64,000 nt of DNA, taken from Betaproteobacteria bacterium. Its GTDB lineage: Bacteria > Pseudomonadota > Gammaproteobacteria > Burkholderiales > SG8-39. Location of the stretch: assembly GCA_947474715.1 (NCBI GenBank), contig CANJJT010000004.1, positions 33,353-97,352 of the forward strand, given 5' to 3'. The position numbers and the translations under genes were made by a program. Numbering within the stretch: position 1 is the first letter of the stretch; every line of letters begins with the position of its first letter. Positions 53,120 through 62,340 of this stretch are shown here, one piece after another. The notes under the pieces are model-generated. The model was not told the DNA's origin. It made no database searches and saw only the letters and a program-made list of their open reading frames with translations.

Positions 53120-53406
53120 AGGAACGCCTGATGTGGGTACTGTGGCCCGCCTTTGTGGTGGCCATCCCCGCAGTGGGTCTGGTGTTCTCGGTGCTGGACC
53201 CGGAGAACATGGTGATCGCCGGCATCGACATCAGCCGTCACGGCGCCTACTCCATCGGGTTCCTGTTTTTCTGGCTGGTCGGCGCCTGCTGCAGCGCGCT
53301 CACCGGCCTGCTCCAGCGTTCACCGTATGAAGTGAACCGCTGCACGCTGCCAGCCGAGGGCCGCCCGCCCGGGTGCCCCAAAGCGCACCATTCCGGACAA
53401 TGCTAA
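53116..53406 (+). CDS. Small membrane protein associated with cco clusters
   Basis: MWVLWPAF...YSIGFLFFW, two TM helices, ATGA-coupled to ccoH. Confidence 0.75.
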   Translation: MKERLMWVLWPAFVVAIPAVGLVFSVLDPENMVIAGIDISRHGAYSIGFLFFWLVGACCSALTGLLQRSPYEVNRCTLPAEGRPPGCPKAHHSGQC

Positions 53407-53448
53407 TCTGCAAAACCGATACGGCAACCAGAACAACAGGAGAGAGCC

Positions 53449-53892
53449 ATGTTTGAACACATACTTGTGCCGACTGATGGATCCCGGCTCGGCAACAAGG
53501 CCGTGAAGGCGGCCGTCAAGTTCGCCTCCGGCCTCAACGCCAGAATCACCTTCTACCAGGCGATCGAGAACAGCGCCATGCTGTACGGCGCCGACGGGTT
53601 TTCCGTGCCTGCCGAAACCATCGAAAGCATGGATCGCGCAATGCGCAAGACCGCCCAGACCAATCTTGATGCCGCCGTCAAGCAGGCCTCGGCCAAGGGC
53701 ATTGCCTGTGACGCGGTCATCGGCAAGCAGTTCGTGCCCTGGGAGGGCATCATCGAGACGGCGCGCAAGAAAAAGTGCGATGTCATCTTCATGGCTTCGC
53801 ATGGCCGCCGCGGCATCGCCGGCATCGTGCTGGGCAGCGTGACCCATCAGGTACTCACGCACTCCAAGATACCGGTCCTTGTATTCCGCTAG
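53449..53892 (+). CDS. Universal stress protein
   Basis: HILVPTDGS and MASHGRRG..LGSVT motifs. Confidence 0.93.
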   Translation: MFEHILVPTDGSRLGNKAVKAAVKFASGLNARITFYQAIENSAMLYGADGFSVPAETIESMDRAMRKTAQTNLDAAVKQASAKGIACDAVIGKQFVPWEGIIETARKKKCDVIFMASHGRRGIAGIVLGSVTHQVLTHSKIPVLVFR

Positions 53893-53901
53893 TCGCGTCG
53901 G

Positions 53902-53915
53902 TTGATCCAGCGCAG
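53902..53915. promoter_or_regulatory. Degenerate FNR-like box
   Basis: TTGAT-CCAG-CGCAG upstream of the ligase/GNAT gene. Only the left half matches consensus. Confidence 0.4.
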
Positions 53916-53992
53916 CGTGCCCGCATGCAGGCCCCGCCAGGGAGCAGGTGGTATGGCTGCGGCCCCCTGAGTAGCACGCCGGGGTCGTTGCC

Positions 53993-56710
53993 GTGAGATC
54001 CCTGCATGCCCCCGACTATGGTCGGCACTATCTCGCCCGCCTGTTCGAGCCCGCCTCGGTGGCCATCATTGGCGCCACCGAGTCGAGTGGCAAGATCGGC
54101 GAAGTGCTGGTGGCCAACATGCTGGAGGCCGGCTTCTCCGGGCCGATCTATTGCGTCAATCCGAAGTATCGGGCGGTCAAGGGCATTCCCTGCTTCGCCT
54201 CCGTGGGTGATTTGCCTCAGGCGGTGGATCTTGCCGTCATCGCCACGCCCGCACCGGGCATACCGCGCATCCTCGAGTCCTGCGGTCGCAGGGGAATCCG
54301 GGCGGCCGTGGTCATCACTGCGGGTTTCGGCGAGACCGGCGAGGCGGGCCGGCAACTCGAGCGGCTGGTGCACGAAAGTGCGCGCAAGGCCGGCGTGCGC
54401 ATGCTGGGACCCAATTGCCTGGGACTGGCCCGTCCCCGCGGCGGCCTGAACGCGACCTTTGCCCGGGGACATGCCCGGCCCGGAAGCCTGGGATTGATCT
54501 CGCAGTCCGGCGCCGTGTGCACGGCGATGATGGACTGGGCAGCCTGCAACGATGTGGGCTTTTCCAGCATCGTGTCGCTGGGCGGTTCGGTGGACATCGA
54601 TTTTGGCGAGCTGATCGACTTCCTGGCCGTCGACCATTGCACCGAACATATCCTGCTCTATGTCGAGGGTGTGCGTGATGCGCGTCGCTTCATCGGCAGC
54701 CTGCGGGCGGCGGCGCGCCTGAAGCCGGTGATCCTCATGAAGGTGGGCCGTCATCCGGACGGCACGCGTGCCGCGGTTTCCCATACCGGCGCCATCGTCG
54801 GCGCCGACGATGTCTTCGATGCGGCGGTGAGGCGCACCGGCGCCGTGCGGGTGGGCAGCATCGGCCAGCTGGTGGCTGCCGCCCAGGCCTTGTCCGAGCA
54901 TGTGCGCCCGCGCGGCAACCGGCTGGCGGTAATCACCAATGGCGGCGGGCCGGGCGTGATGGCCGCGGACCGGGCCGCCGATCTGGGCCTGCCGCTGGCG
55001 GCACTGTCCGCCATCACGCTGGAGCGGTTGCGCCCGGAGCTGCCCGCCAACTGGTCACAGGGCAATCCGCTCGACCTCATCGGCGATGCCGGCAGCGCGC
55101 GCTATCGCGCCGCAGTAGCCGCCTGCCTGGACGATCCCGGCGTGGACGGCCTCCTGGTCATCCTCACCCCGCAGGCCATGACCGACGCCGGGGCGGTGGC
55201 CCATGCCGTGATCGAGGCACGGCAGGCGAATCCCAAGCCCATTGTCGCCTGCTGGATGGGCGAGCAAAGCGTCACCGGCGGGCGCGATATCCTGCGTGCG
55301 GCGGGCATCCCGGTGTTCCGCACCCCCGATCCGGCCGTCGAGGTGTTTTCGCACCTGGCGGCCTGGCACCAGAACCAGCAGGCCATGTTGCAGGTGCCCG
55401 GGCCGCTGGCCCATGCGCAACGACCCGATATCGCGGCAGCCAGGGCCATCGTCTTGGCGGCACTGGCGCGGGGTGAAAGCGTGCTCGGCTCGGAAGCGTC
55501 CAAGGACCTCCTGGCGGCCTTTCACATTCCCATGGCACGCGGCCGCTTTGCCGCAACCGCGGCCGATGCGGTGAAGCTTGCCGCCGACATGGCCTGCCCG
55601 GTGGCGCTGAAGATTGTCTCGCCCGACATCACCCACAAGAGCGATGTTGGCGGCGTGCGACTCAACCTGGCCAGCCCCGCTGAGGTCGAACCGGCTTTCC
55701 ACGCCATGCTCGATGAAGTTCGGCAGCGCCGACCGCAGGCGCGCCTCGATGGCGTCATGGTCGAGCCCATGGTGGTCCGGCCACAGGGCCGTGAACTGAT
55801 GATCGGCCTGCTGCGTGACCCGGTGTTCGGTCCCGCCATCACCTTTGGCGCCGGGGGCACTGCAGTCGAACTGCTGCGTGATCGTAGCGTGGCCCTGCCG
55901 CCCCTCAACGCCACACTGGCCGCGGACATGATCGCCGGAACGCGCGTGGCGAAACTGCTGGGCAACTTCCGCGGCATGCCGGCAGCCGATCTGGATGCGC
56001 TTGCCTCGGTGCTGGTGCGTGTCTCGGAACTGGCCTGCGAGTTTCCAGAAGTCCATGAACTCGACATCAATCCGCTGGTGGCCGATGCCGGTGGCGTCAC
56101 GGCCCTGGATGCGCGCGTGGTCCTGAAGGCGGGGCCGGCACTCCTGCATGGCGCCGCGCCGCTGGCTTTCGGCCACCTGGCCATCCACCCCTATCCGGAA
56201 CACCTTGCCTGCAAGGTGACATTGATCGATGGCACCCCGGTGAGCCTGCGCCCGATCCGCCCTGAGGATGCGCAGATGGAGCAGGCTTTCGTCACCGCAC
56301 TGTCGCCGGCGACACGGCGCTTTCGCTTCATGAACAGCATGCGGGAACTGACCCGCGAAATGCTGGTGCGCTTCACCCAGATCGACTACGACCGCGAACT
56401 GGCCTTCGTGGCGCTGGATGAGCGCGCCGACCCGGTGATGGAAGTGGGCGTGGCGCGCTATGTCTGCTACCCCGACGGCGAGAGCTGCGAGTTCGCCATC
56501 GTGCTGGCCGATGCCTGGCAGGGCCGGGGGCTGGGTTCACTCATGCTCAGGCGCCTGGGTGATGCGGCGCGCGAGAAGGGACTGAAGCGCATGATCGGCC
56601 ACGTGCTCAGCGACAATGCCGGCATGCTGGCCATGTGCCGCAGGCTGGGCGGGGTGGAATCCCCCATGCCGTCCGAGCATGACATCCGCCAGGTGACCTT
56701 CCCGCTCTGA
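53993..56710 (+). CDS. Acyl-CoA ligase (NDP-forming)-like / GNAT fusion (Pat/YfiQ-type)
   Basis: GPNCLG, SQSGA, SHTGA, HKSDVGGV and DINP motifs, then a C-terminal GNAT domain (RPIRPED, WQGRGLG). Confidence 0.92.
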   Translation: MRSLHAPDYGRHYLARLFEPASVAIIGATESSGKIGEVLVANMLEAGFSGPIYCVNPKYRAVKGIPCFASVGDLPQAVDLAVIATPAPGIPRILESCGRRGIRAAVVITAGFGETGEAGRQLERLVHESARKAGVRMLGPNCLGLARPRGGLNATFARGHARPGSLGLISQSGAVCTAMMDWAACNDVGFSSIVSLGGSVDIDFGELIDFLAVDHCTEHILLYVEGVRDARRFIGSLRAAARLKPVILMKVGRHPDGTRAAVSHTGAIVGADDVFDAAVRRTGAVRVGSIGQLVAAAQALSEHVRPRGNRLAVITNGGGPGVMAADRAADLGLPLAALSAITLERLRPELPANWSQGNPLDLIGDAGSARYRAAVAACLDDPGVDGLLVILTPQAMTDAGAVAHAVIEARQANPKPIVACWMGEQSVTGGRDILRAAGIPVFRTPDPAVEVFSHLAAWHQNQQAMLQVPGPLAHAQRPDIAAARAIVLAALARGESVLGSEASKDLLAAFHIPMARGRFAATAADAVKLAADMACPVALKIVSPDITHKSDVGGVRLNLASPAEVEPAFHAMLDEVRQRRPQARLDGVMVEPMVVRPQGRELMIGLLRDPVFGPAITFGAGGTAVELLRDRSVALPPLNATLAADMIAGTRVAKLLGNFRGMPAADLDALASVLVRVSELACEFPEVHELDINPLVADAGGVTALDARVVLKAGPALLHGAAPLAFGHLAIHPYPEHLACKVTLIDGTPVSLRPIRPEDAQMEQAFVTALSPATRRFRFMNSMRELTREMLVRFTQIDYDRELAFVALDERADPVMEVGVARYVCYPDGESCEFAIVLADAWQGRGLGSLMLRRLGDAAREKGLKRMIGHVLSDNAGMLAMCRRLGGVESPMPSEHDIRQVTFPL

Positions 56711-56835
56711 TGCCCCGACCCGGCACCAGGCTGCTTCATGGCATGGTCCGCACGCGCCATGCAGGTCGCAGGCAGAGGCACAGCCAGCCGGTGATTGCCG
56801 GTGTTGCAATGCAGGTGGATGGTGGCAGGCGACAG

Positions 56836-56849
56836 TTGACCTGCGTCAA
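56836..56849. promoter_or_regulatory. FNR-type box
   Basis: Palindromic TTGAC-CTGC-GTCAA upstream of the USP gene. Confidence 0.75.
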
Positions 56850-56972
56850 GGCCTGACCCGGGCGGGCGATTAAGCTGGCAGCCATCACATTGACGGCAAT
56901 GCCTCTGGATTGTTCTGCCGGCGCCATGGTCTCCTCCGGAGGCACAACTGAAACGCAAGGAAAGGAAGCGAC

Positions 56973-57425
56973 ATGTTCAAGAACATACTGGTTGCCATCG
57001 ATGGCAGCGGCACTGCCGCTAAGGGATTCCAGACCGCGCTTGGCCTGGCACGCGAGCAGTCCGCCCGGTTGAATGTGCTCCACGTGGTGGATGAGCGCGG
57101 CCCGGTGATGTATCCGGAGGGTGGCGCTTTCGTCAGCGAGATGATCTATCTGCTGCGCGAGAGCGGCAAGAAGATCCTGGCCCAGGCGGAGCAGGAAGCG
57201 GCGCAGGCCGGCGTGGAATGCAAGACCCTGTTGGTCGAGACGCTGGGTCTGCCGGTGGCCGAAGTCATCCTCGGCCAGGTCAAGGCTACTTCTGCAGACC
57301 TGATCGTGCTGGGCACGCATGGACGCCGCGGCCTCAAGCGCATCGTCATGGGTAGCGATGCCGAGGGCGTGTTGCGCGAGTCGACGGTGCCGGTGCTGCT
57401 GGTGCGCGCACCTGAGGCGGACTAG
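56973..57425 (+). CDS. Universal stress protein
   Basis: NILVAIDGS and [14 protein letters not shown] motifs. Confidence 0.93.
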   Translation: MFKNILVAIDGSGTAAKGFQTALGLAREQSARLNVLHVVDERGPVMYPEGGAFVSEMIYLLRESGKKILAQAEQEAAQAGVECKTLLVETLGLPVAEVILGQVKATSADLIVLGTHGRRGLKRIVMGSDAEGVLRESTVPVLLVRAPEAD

Positions 57426-57535
57426 GGACATTGCAGGGCAGATCATGATCAGCCCTGACCAGTTCAGCCTGGTTCAAGAAAACCTGAACTGCCTGGACGG
57501 CCTGCCGGCGATTCGTCAGCAGATCTGAATTCGCC

Positions 57536-58795
57536 ATGTCCATCCTGACCGACTTTCCCCTGGCCAACCTGCTGGTTGCACTCGGCATCGGCCTGCTGGT
57601 GGGCGGAGAGCGCGAACGCAACAAGGGTGAAGGTCCGGACCGCGCCATGGCCGGCGTGCGCACCTTTGCCATCACGGCGCTGCTGGGCGCTGTCTGCCTG
57701 CGTGCCGGGGGAGAACTGCTGCTGGCTGTGACCGTGGCTGCCGTGGCAACCCTGTGCGTATTCAGCCTGCGCAGCCGCGACAGCCGGCTGGGCGGCAATG
57801 GCGGTGACCCCGGCCTGACCACCGAAGTGGCGCTCATCCTCACCCTGCTGCTGGGCGCGCTGGCCGTGGCCGAGCCGGGCGTAGCCTCGGCGCTGGGCGT
57901 GACCCTTGCCGTGTTGCTGGCTTCCAAGAGCTGGTTGCATCATTTCGTCAAATCGGTGGTGACCGAGCAGGAGATGTGGGATGCCCTCATCATCTCTGCG
58001 GCCAGCCTGGTGATCCTCCCGTTGCTGCCGGATCGCTACATGGGCCCCTTCGATGCCATCAACCCCCGGACCACCGGCACGCTGGTGGTGCTGATCATGG
58101 CGGTGAGCGCGGCCGGACATGTGGCCTCGCGCGCCCTCGGCGCACGGCTGGGGCTGCCGGCAGCCGGCTTTGCCTCGGGCTTCGTGTCCAGCACCGCCAC
58201 GGTGGCCGCCATGGGCACGCGCTTTGTCTCGCATCCGGAGATACAGGCGCCGGCGGCGGCCGCAGCCATATTGTCCAGCGTGTCCACCATCATCCAGTTG
58301 TTCGTGGTGCTGGGCGCCACCAATCCTGCGGTGATGGCCGAACTCATGCTGCCGCTGTCATTTTCAGGTGCTGCGGCGCTGGCTTATGCCGCATTGTTTG
58401 CAATGCGCGGCCTGAAGTCATCGCAGGCCCTCAATGGCGAGCCTGGCTCGGCCTTCAGCATCAGGACGGTGCTGCTGCTGGCCCTCACCCTGTCAGGCAT
58501 CGTCATGCTGTCTGCCGGCATGGAGCAATGGCTGGGGCGTCCGGGTGTGCTGGTGGCCGCGCTGCTGTCCGGCTTTGGAGATGTGCACTCCACCTCGGTA
58601 TCCATGGCCTCGCTGGCCTCTTCCGGGCGCATGAGCCCCGCCGAATCGGTGCTGCCCATACTCATTGCGCTCAGCGCCAACACGGTGGGAAAGGCGGTGG
58701 TCGGTGGCATCACCGGTGGGCCGGCCTACCTGCGCAGCATCGCGCCCGGCCTGGCGTTGATGCTGGCAGCCGCCTGGGCGGGCTATCTGCTCTGA
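57536..58795 (+). CDS. MgtC/SapB + DUF4010 membrane protein
   Basis: GLLVGGERE, AGVRTF, GLTTE and GFVSSTAT motifs. Confidence 0.85.
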   Translation: MSILTDFPLANLLVALGIGLLVGGERERNKGEGPDRAMAGVRTFAITALLGAVCLRAGGELLLAVTVAAVATLCVFSLRSRDSRLGGNGGDPGLTTEVALILTLLLGALAVAEPGVASALGVTLAVLLASKSWLHHFVKSVVTEQEMWDALIISAASLVILPLLPDRYMGPFDAINPRTTGTLVVLIMAVSAAGHVASRALGARLGLPAAGFASGFVSSTATVAAMGTRFVSHPEIQAPAAAAAILSSVSTIIQLFVVLGATNPAVMAELMLPLSFSGAAALAYAALFAMRGLKSSQALNGEPGSAFSIRTVLLLALTLSGIVMLSAGMEQWLGRPGVLVAALLSGFGDVHSTSVSMASLASSGRMSPAESVLPILIALSANTVGKAVVGGITGGPAYLRSIAPGLALMLAAAWAGYLL

Positions 58796-58822
58796 GCCCG
58801 GCCTGGCTTGCCGCAGGGAGCA

Positions 58823-59458
58823 TCAGCGCGGACGAGCCTGCTGCTTTTCGAGCCGGGCAATCAGCCCCTCCATGCCGGCCTCACGGCCGATCTGCTCGAA
58901 TTCGCTGCGATAGTTGAGCACCAGGCTGATGCCTTCGACGGAGATGTCGTAGATCTTCCAGCCGCTGTCGATCAAGTGCATGCTGTAGGCCACCACCACT
59001 GGTTGTGTGCCTGGCCGGATGTAGCGGTTGCGCACCATCGCTTCCTTCGCGCCTGCAGCCATCTGCACCGGCATCACCTCCATGGTCTGCCCGCGATAGG
59101 CATCCACGGCCGCCGAATAGGTGCGGACCAGCATGGCGCGGAAGGCCTCCACCAGGCGTTCGCGCTGCTCGGGCGTGGCTGTGCGCCAGCTGCGGCCGGC
59201 GGCCAGTCGAGTGGCTTCGGCAAAATCGATGTGCGGCAGGATCTTCGATTCCGCCAGGGCCATGGCCTTGGCGCGATCACCGGCTTTCAGGGCTGGATCC
59301 TGCTTGATGGCCGTCATCACCTGATGGGTGATCTCGCGGATCAACTGCTCCGGTCCGGGGCTGTCGGCCGCGCCAGCCGTCAGCGGTGACAGGGTGAACA
59401 GGAGCGCTGCAAGGCAGGCAAACAAGGGGTTGCGGGAAGTCGTGAGCAGGTTTTTCAT
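58823..59458 (-). CDS. MlaC/Ttg2D-family periplasmic lipid-binding protein
   Basis: ILPHIDF, LVRTYS and WKIYDISVEGISLVLNYR motifs. Confidence 0.88.
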   Translation of the reverse strand: MKNLLTTSRNPLFACLAALLFTLSPLTAGAADSPGPEQLIREITHQVMTAIKQDPALKAGDRAKAMALAESKILPHIDFAEATRLAAGRSWRTATPEQRERLVEAFRAMLVRTYSAAVDAYRGQTMEVMPVQMAAGAKEAMVRNRYIRPGTQPVVVAYSMHLIDSGWKIYDISVEGISLVLNYRSEFEQIGREAGMEGLIARLEKQQARPR

Positions 59459-59815
59459 GGCTGGGAGGATACCAGCCTCCGGGGCAATCCACGCGCAGCC
59501 CGGTTGTGGGCATTGGTAACAGTTTGTTGCCGTCAGTTATTGGCTGGATCCTGTTTAAGGAAATGATCACAATAAATCAATATGATTAATAAGAGCGGTA
59601 CATGCTGTATAAAATTGATAATAATTAGCCGGTTGATCAGCTTTTTCCGGCCGTGGGATGGCCACGCGTTCAGGCAAGGTTGGGGTTCTGGTCGGTGGTG
59701 AAGCCGGTTGCCTGTTCGGCGGCAACTGCAGCCTGCAGTGCACGCGCCGCGCTGGCGGGCCCGTGGGCGGATCGTTGCAGCCGTGAATAGAGCTCCCGGC
59801 GCAACCGAGATGGGC

Positions 59816-59837
59816 GGGGTAGGACGATTCCTACCCC
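59816..59837. promoter_or_regulatory. Inverted repeat, candidate response-regulator operator
   Basis: GGGGTAGGA-CGAT-TCCTACCCC about 100 bp upstream of the receiver-domain gene. Confidence 0.45.
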
Positions 59838-59940
59838 CTGAGTTCCGCCAGACTGACAGTCCTGCTCAGTCGCGGTCCCACCCATGCGTTCAGACCGCGG
59901 CCAATGGCGGCTCGATCCGGTGCCGACCATACTTCGCTCC

Positions 59941-60387
59941 ATGGATACGATCTCAGCCGCAAACACACAGCACCAGTTCCAGGCGCCCGGTTCGCAAGCC
60001 AGGGCCGAAGCCCTGAAGGTATTTCTGGTGGACGATTCAGCGGCGCTGCGCAGCCGCATCGCCGGCATGGTCCGTGAGATCGAAGGCGTGGACATTGTCG
60101 GCGAGGCAGAAATCCCGGACCAGGCCACCAGCGGCATCCTGGAAAGCGCGCCGGATGCCGTGTTGCTCGACCTCAAGCTCACCGGTGGCACCGGCATCGA
60201 CGTGTTGAAGGCGGTGCATCCGGCGCATCCGGGCATCGTCTTCATTATCCTGACCAACCATGCCGGCCGGCATTACCAGCGCGCCTGCATGGCCTCGGGC
60301 GCTAGCTACTTCCTGGACAAGAGCCACGATTTCAAACAGATCGCCACGATTCTGGGCGCGCTGCGTTCCATCCGTTGCAGGCATTGA
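59941..60387 (+). CDS. Single-domain response regulator (receiver only)
   Basis: LVDDS, VLLD and LT..., FLDK motifs, with no output domain. Confidence 0.85.
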   Translation: MDTISAANTQHQFQAPGSQARAEALKVFLVDDSAALRSRIAGMVREIEGVDIVGEAEIPDQATSGILESAPDAVLLDLKLTGGTGIDVLKAVHPAHPGIVFIILTNHAGRHYQRACMASGASYFLDKSHDFKQIATILGALRSIRCRH

Positions 60388-60415
60388 GAACAACAACCGA
60401 GAAGCGAGACTTCCC

Positions 60416-61201
60416 ATGTCAGCCGTCGCAGTCCGAACCATCACGTCCATCCGCAAAGAGCCCATGAACCAGAGCGCCAGTGCAGAGCTTGCCAAGTGTC
60501 CGACCCGGTGTTCCACCTGCGGCCTGCGCGAAGTGTGCCTGCCCTGCGGGCTCACCGGCACCGAGCTGGACCGGCTGGACCAGCTCATCTACACCCGCAA
60601 GCGCGTCAAGCGCGGCGAAACCCTGTATCAGTCGGGCGATACCTTCAAGTCCCTGTACGCCATCCGCAGCGGCTTCTTCAAGAGCTGTGTGCTGCTCGAG
60701 GACGGCCGCGACCAGGTGACCGCATTCCATATGCCCGGTGAGCTGATGGGCATGGACGGCATCGGCAATGACCGTCACAACGTCAATGCCGTGGCGCTCG
60801 AGGACAGCGAAGTGTGCATCATCGTCTTCTCCAGCCTGGAACAGGCGGCCTCGGAAGTGCGTGGTCTTCAGCGACAGTTCCACAAGGTGATGAGCCGCGA
60901 GCTGGTGCGTGACCAGGGCGTGATGATGCTGCTGGGCACCATGCGCGCCGAGGAGCGACTGGCCACCTTCCTGCTCAACCTGTCTCAGCGTTTCCTGGCG
61001 CGTGGTTACTCACAGACCGAATTCAATCTGCGTATGACACGCGAGGAAATCGGCAGCTTCATCGGCCTGAAGCTGGAGACGGTCAGCCGCATCTTCTCGC
61101 GCTTCGATGATGAAGGCCTGATCAGCGTGCAGCAGAAGAAGGTCCGCATCCTCGATGTGATCGGCCTCAAGCGCCTGCTGGGGCAGCACCTGGGCGCCTG
61201 A
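60416..61201 (+). CDS. fnr: FNR-family oxygen-sensing regulator
   Basis: N-terminal Cys cluster CSTCGLREVC, central EVC and HTH motif ETVSR. Confidence 0.95.
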   Translation: MSAVAVRTITSIRKEPMNQSASAELAKCPTRCSTCGLREVCLPCGLTGTELDRLDQLIYTRKRVKRGETLYQSGDTFKSLYAIRSGFFKSCVLLEDGRDQVTAFHMPGELMGMDGIGNDRHNVNAVALEDSEVCIIVFSSLEQAASEVRGLQRQFHKVMSRELVRDQGVMMLLGTMRAEERLATFLLNLSQRFLARGYSQTEFNLRMTREEIGSFIGLKLETVSRIFSRFDDEGLISVQQKKVRILDVIGLKRLLGQHLGA

Positions 61202-61232
61202 GCCGCAGATCCGTACCGGATTCCGTCCGAAC

Positions 61233-61265
61233 CGCCGGCCCGCTGAATAGCGGCCGGCGTTTTTT
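61233..61265 (+). terminator. Rho-independent terminator after fnr
   Basis: CGCCGGCC-C-GCT-GAAT-AGC-GGCCGGCG followed by TTTTTT. Confidence 0.85.
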
Positions 61266-61270
61266 ATGGG

Positions 61271-61649
61271 GTTCTTGGTCAATTTCCGGGGACGGCATTG
61301 GCAGCAAGCTTGGCCGGCTCGGGTTAACCCCCTTGTCAAAGGGGGCCGACTGGCCGCAGGCCAGCGGGGGGATTTTGACCCGCCAGGCCGATCTACCTGC
61401 CTTCGCAAGCGATAGCCGCGAACCCTGTTGATGGTCATTGGCTTGCAGGCTTGCAGGCTTGCAGGGATGCGCCGGATCACATCCCCGACATCAATCAGGC
61501 ACTCGTGGTGCGCTGCAAGCGCAACGGGAGAAAATCCCCCCGCTCGTTCGCTGCGCTCACGAGTCGGCCCCCTTTGACAAGGGGGGTGAACCGCGCCGCA
61601 GCCACGTCTCCCCGGAAATCACCGAAGAACCTTTGACAAGGGGTTAACC
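61271..61649. repeat. Long inverted-repeat element (REPIN/MITE-like)
   Basis: Arms at 61271-61376 and 61531-61630 (about 100 bp) are imperfect inverted copies containing CCCCCTTGTCAAAGGGGGCCGACT...GCGGGGGGATTTT. A third partial copy lies at 61630-61649, and (GGCTTGCA)x3 at 61440-61463. Confidence 0.75.
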
Positions 61650-61663
61650 AGCGAGGCTGGACC

Positions 61664-62059
61664 TCAGAGACTGCGGTGGCTATGCTCGCCACGCGCACGT
61701 TCGGCCTGCTCCTGGCAGCCAATGCAGCGGGCCGCCGCCGGGGAAGCCTGCAGGCGGGCCAGGGCGACCGCGTGTCCGCAGGCGATGCAGGTGCCATAGC
61801 TGTCATCGCGCAGGCGCTTCAGCGCCGCCTCGGCTTCACGCAGTTCCTGGATGTCGCGCTGCACCGATGCCAGGTCCAGGCTGGTCTGCAGGTCGGCCAG
61901 TGCCGCGTCGTCGACATCCTCGTTGTGGTTGGCCAGCCCGATCACGTCCGGTGTGCCGTTGGCTTTCATGGCATCGGCGATCTCGTTGCGCAGGCGTGCT
62001 GCCAGTTGGCGCAATTGTGTTTCCAGTCCGGCAGATTGGGCCTTGGTGATTCTGGTCAT
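61664..62059 (-). CDS. TraR/DksA C4 zinc-finger protein
   Basis: Coiled coil with DVDDAA tip and YGTCIACG...RL..P...CIGCQ zinc finger. Confidence 0.9.
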   Translation of the reverse strand: MTRITKAQSAGLETQLRQLAARLRNEIADAMKANGTPDVIGLANHNEDVDDAALADLQTSLDLASVQRDIQELREAEAALKRLRDDSYGTCIACGHAVALARLQASPAAARCIGCQEQAERARGEHSHRSL

Positions 62060-62242
62060 GAGTGATCCTCGCTGCAGTGAGTGTAGGGGGGCATACAGGC
62101 GGCGCGTAGGGTGCTGACGGACAGGGTGTGCCGTGGTCCGCGCTGCACAGGGATCATCGACGCGATCCCGGCATGAAGCGCAGTACTGGAACTGCCGGGG
62201 CCCTCTTCAGAGGCAAGAATAGTGGCATACATGGGAATAACA

Positions 62243-62256
62243 TTGACCAGGATCAA
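62243..62256. promoter_or_regulatory. FNR box
   Basis: TTGAC-CAGG-ATCAA between the divergent dksA-like and ferric-reductase-like genes. Confidence 0.8.
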
Positions 62257-62340
62257 GCAGGTCAGCCGGGCCACGCGGGATGCTGCAGGTGACATCCACA
62301 TTCATCCCTCCAGGCCGGCCACGATCTCCGGAAAGCGCTC

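Noticed and set aside
61271-61649. CRISPR array or autonomous IS element
   Set aside because: The repeats are inverted rather than direct with regular spacers, and there is no cas or transposase gene.
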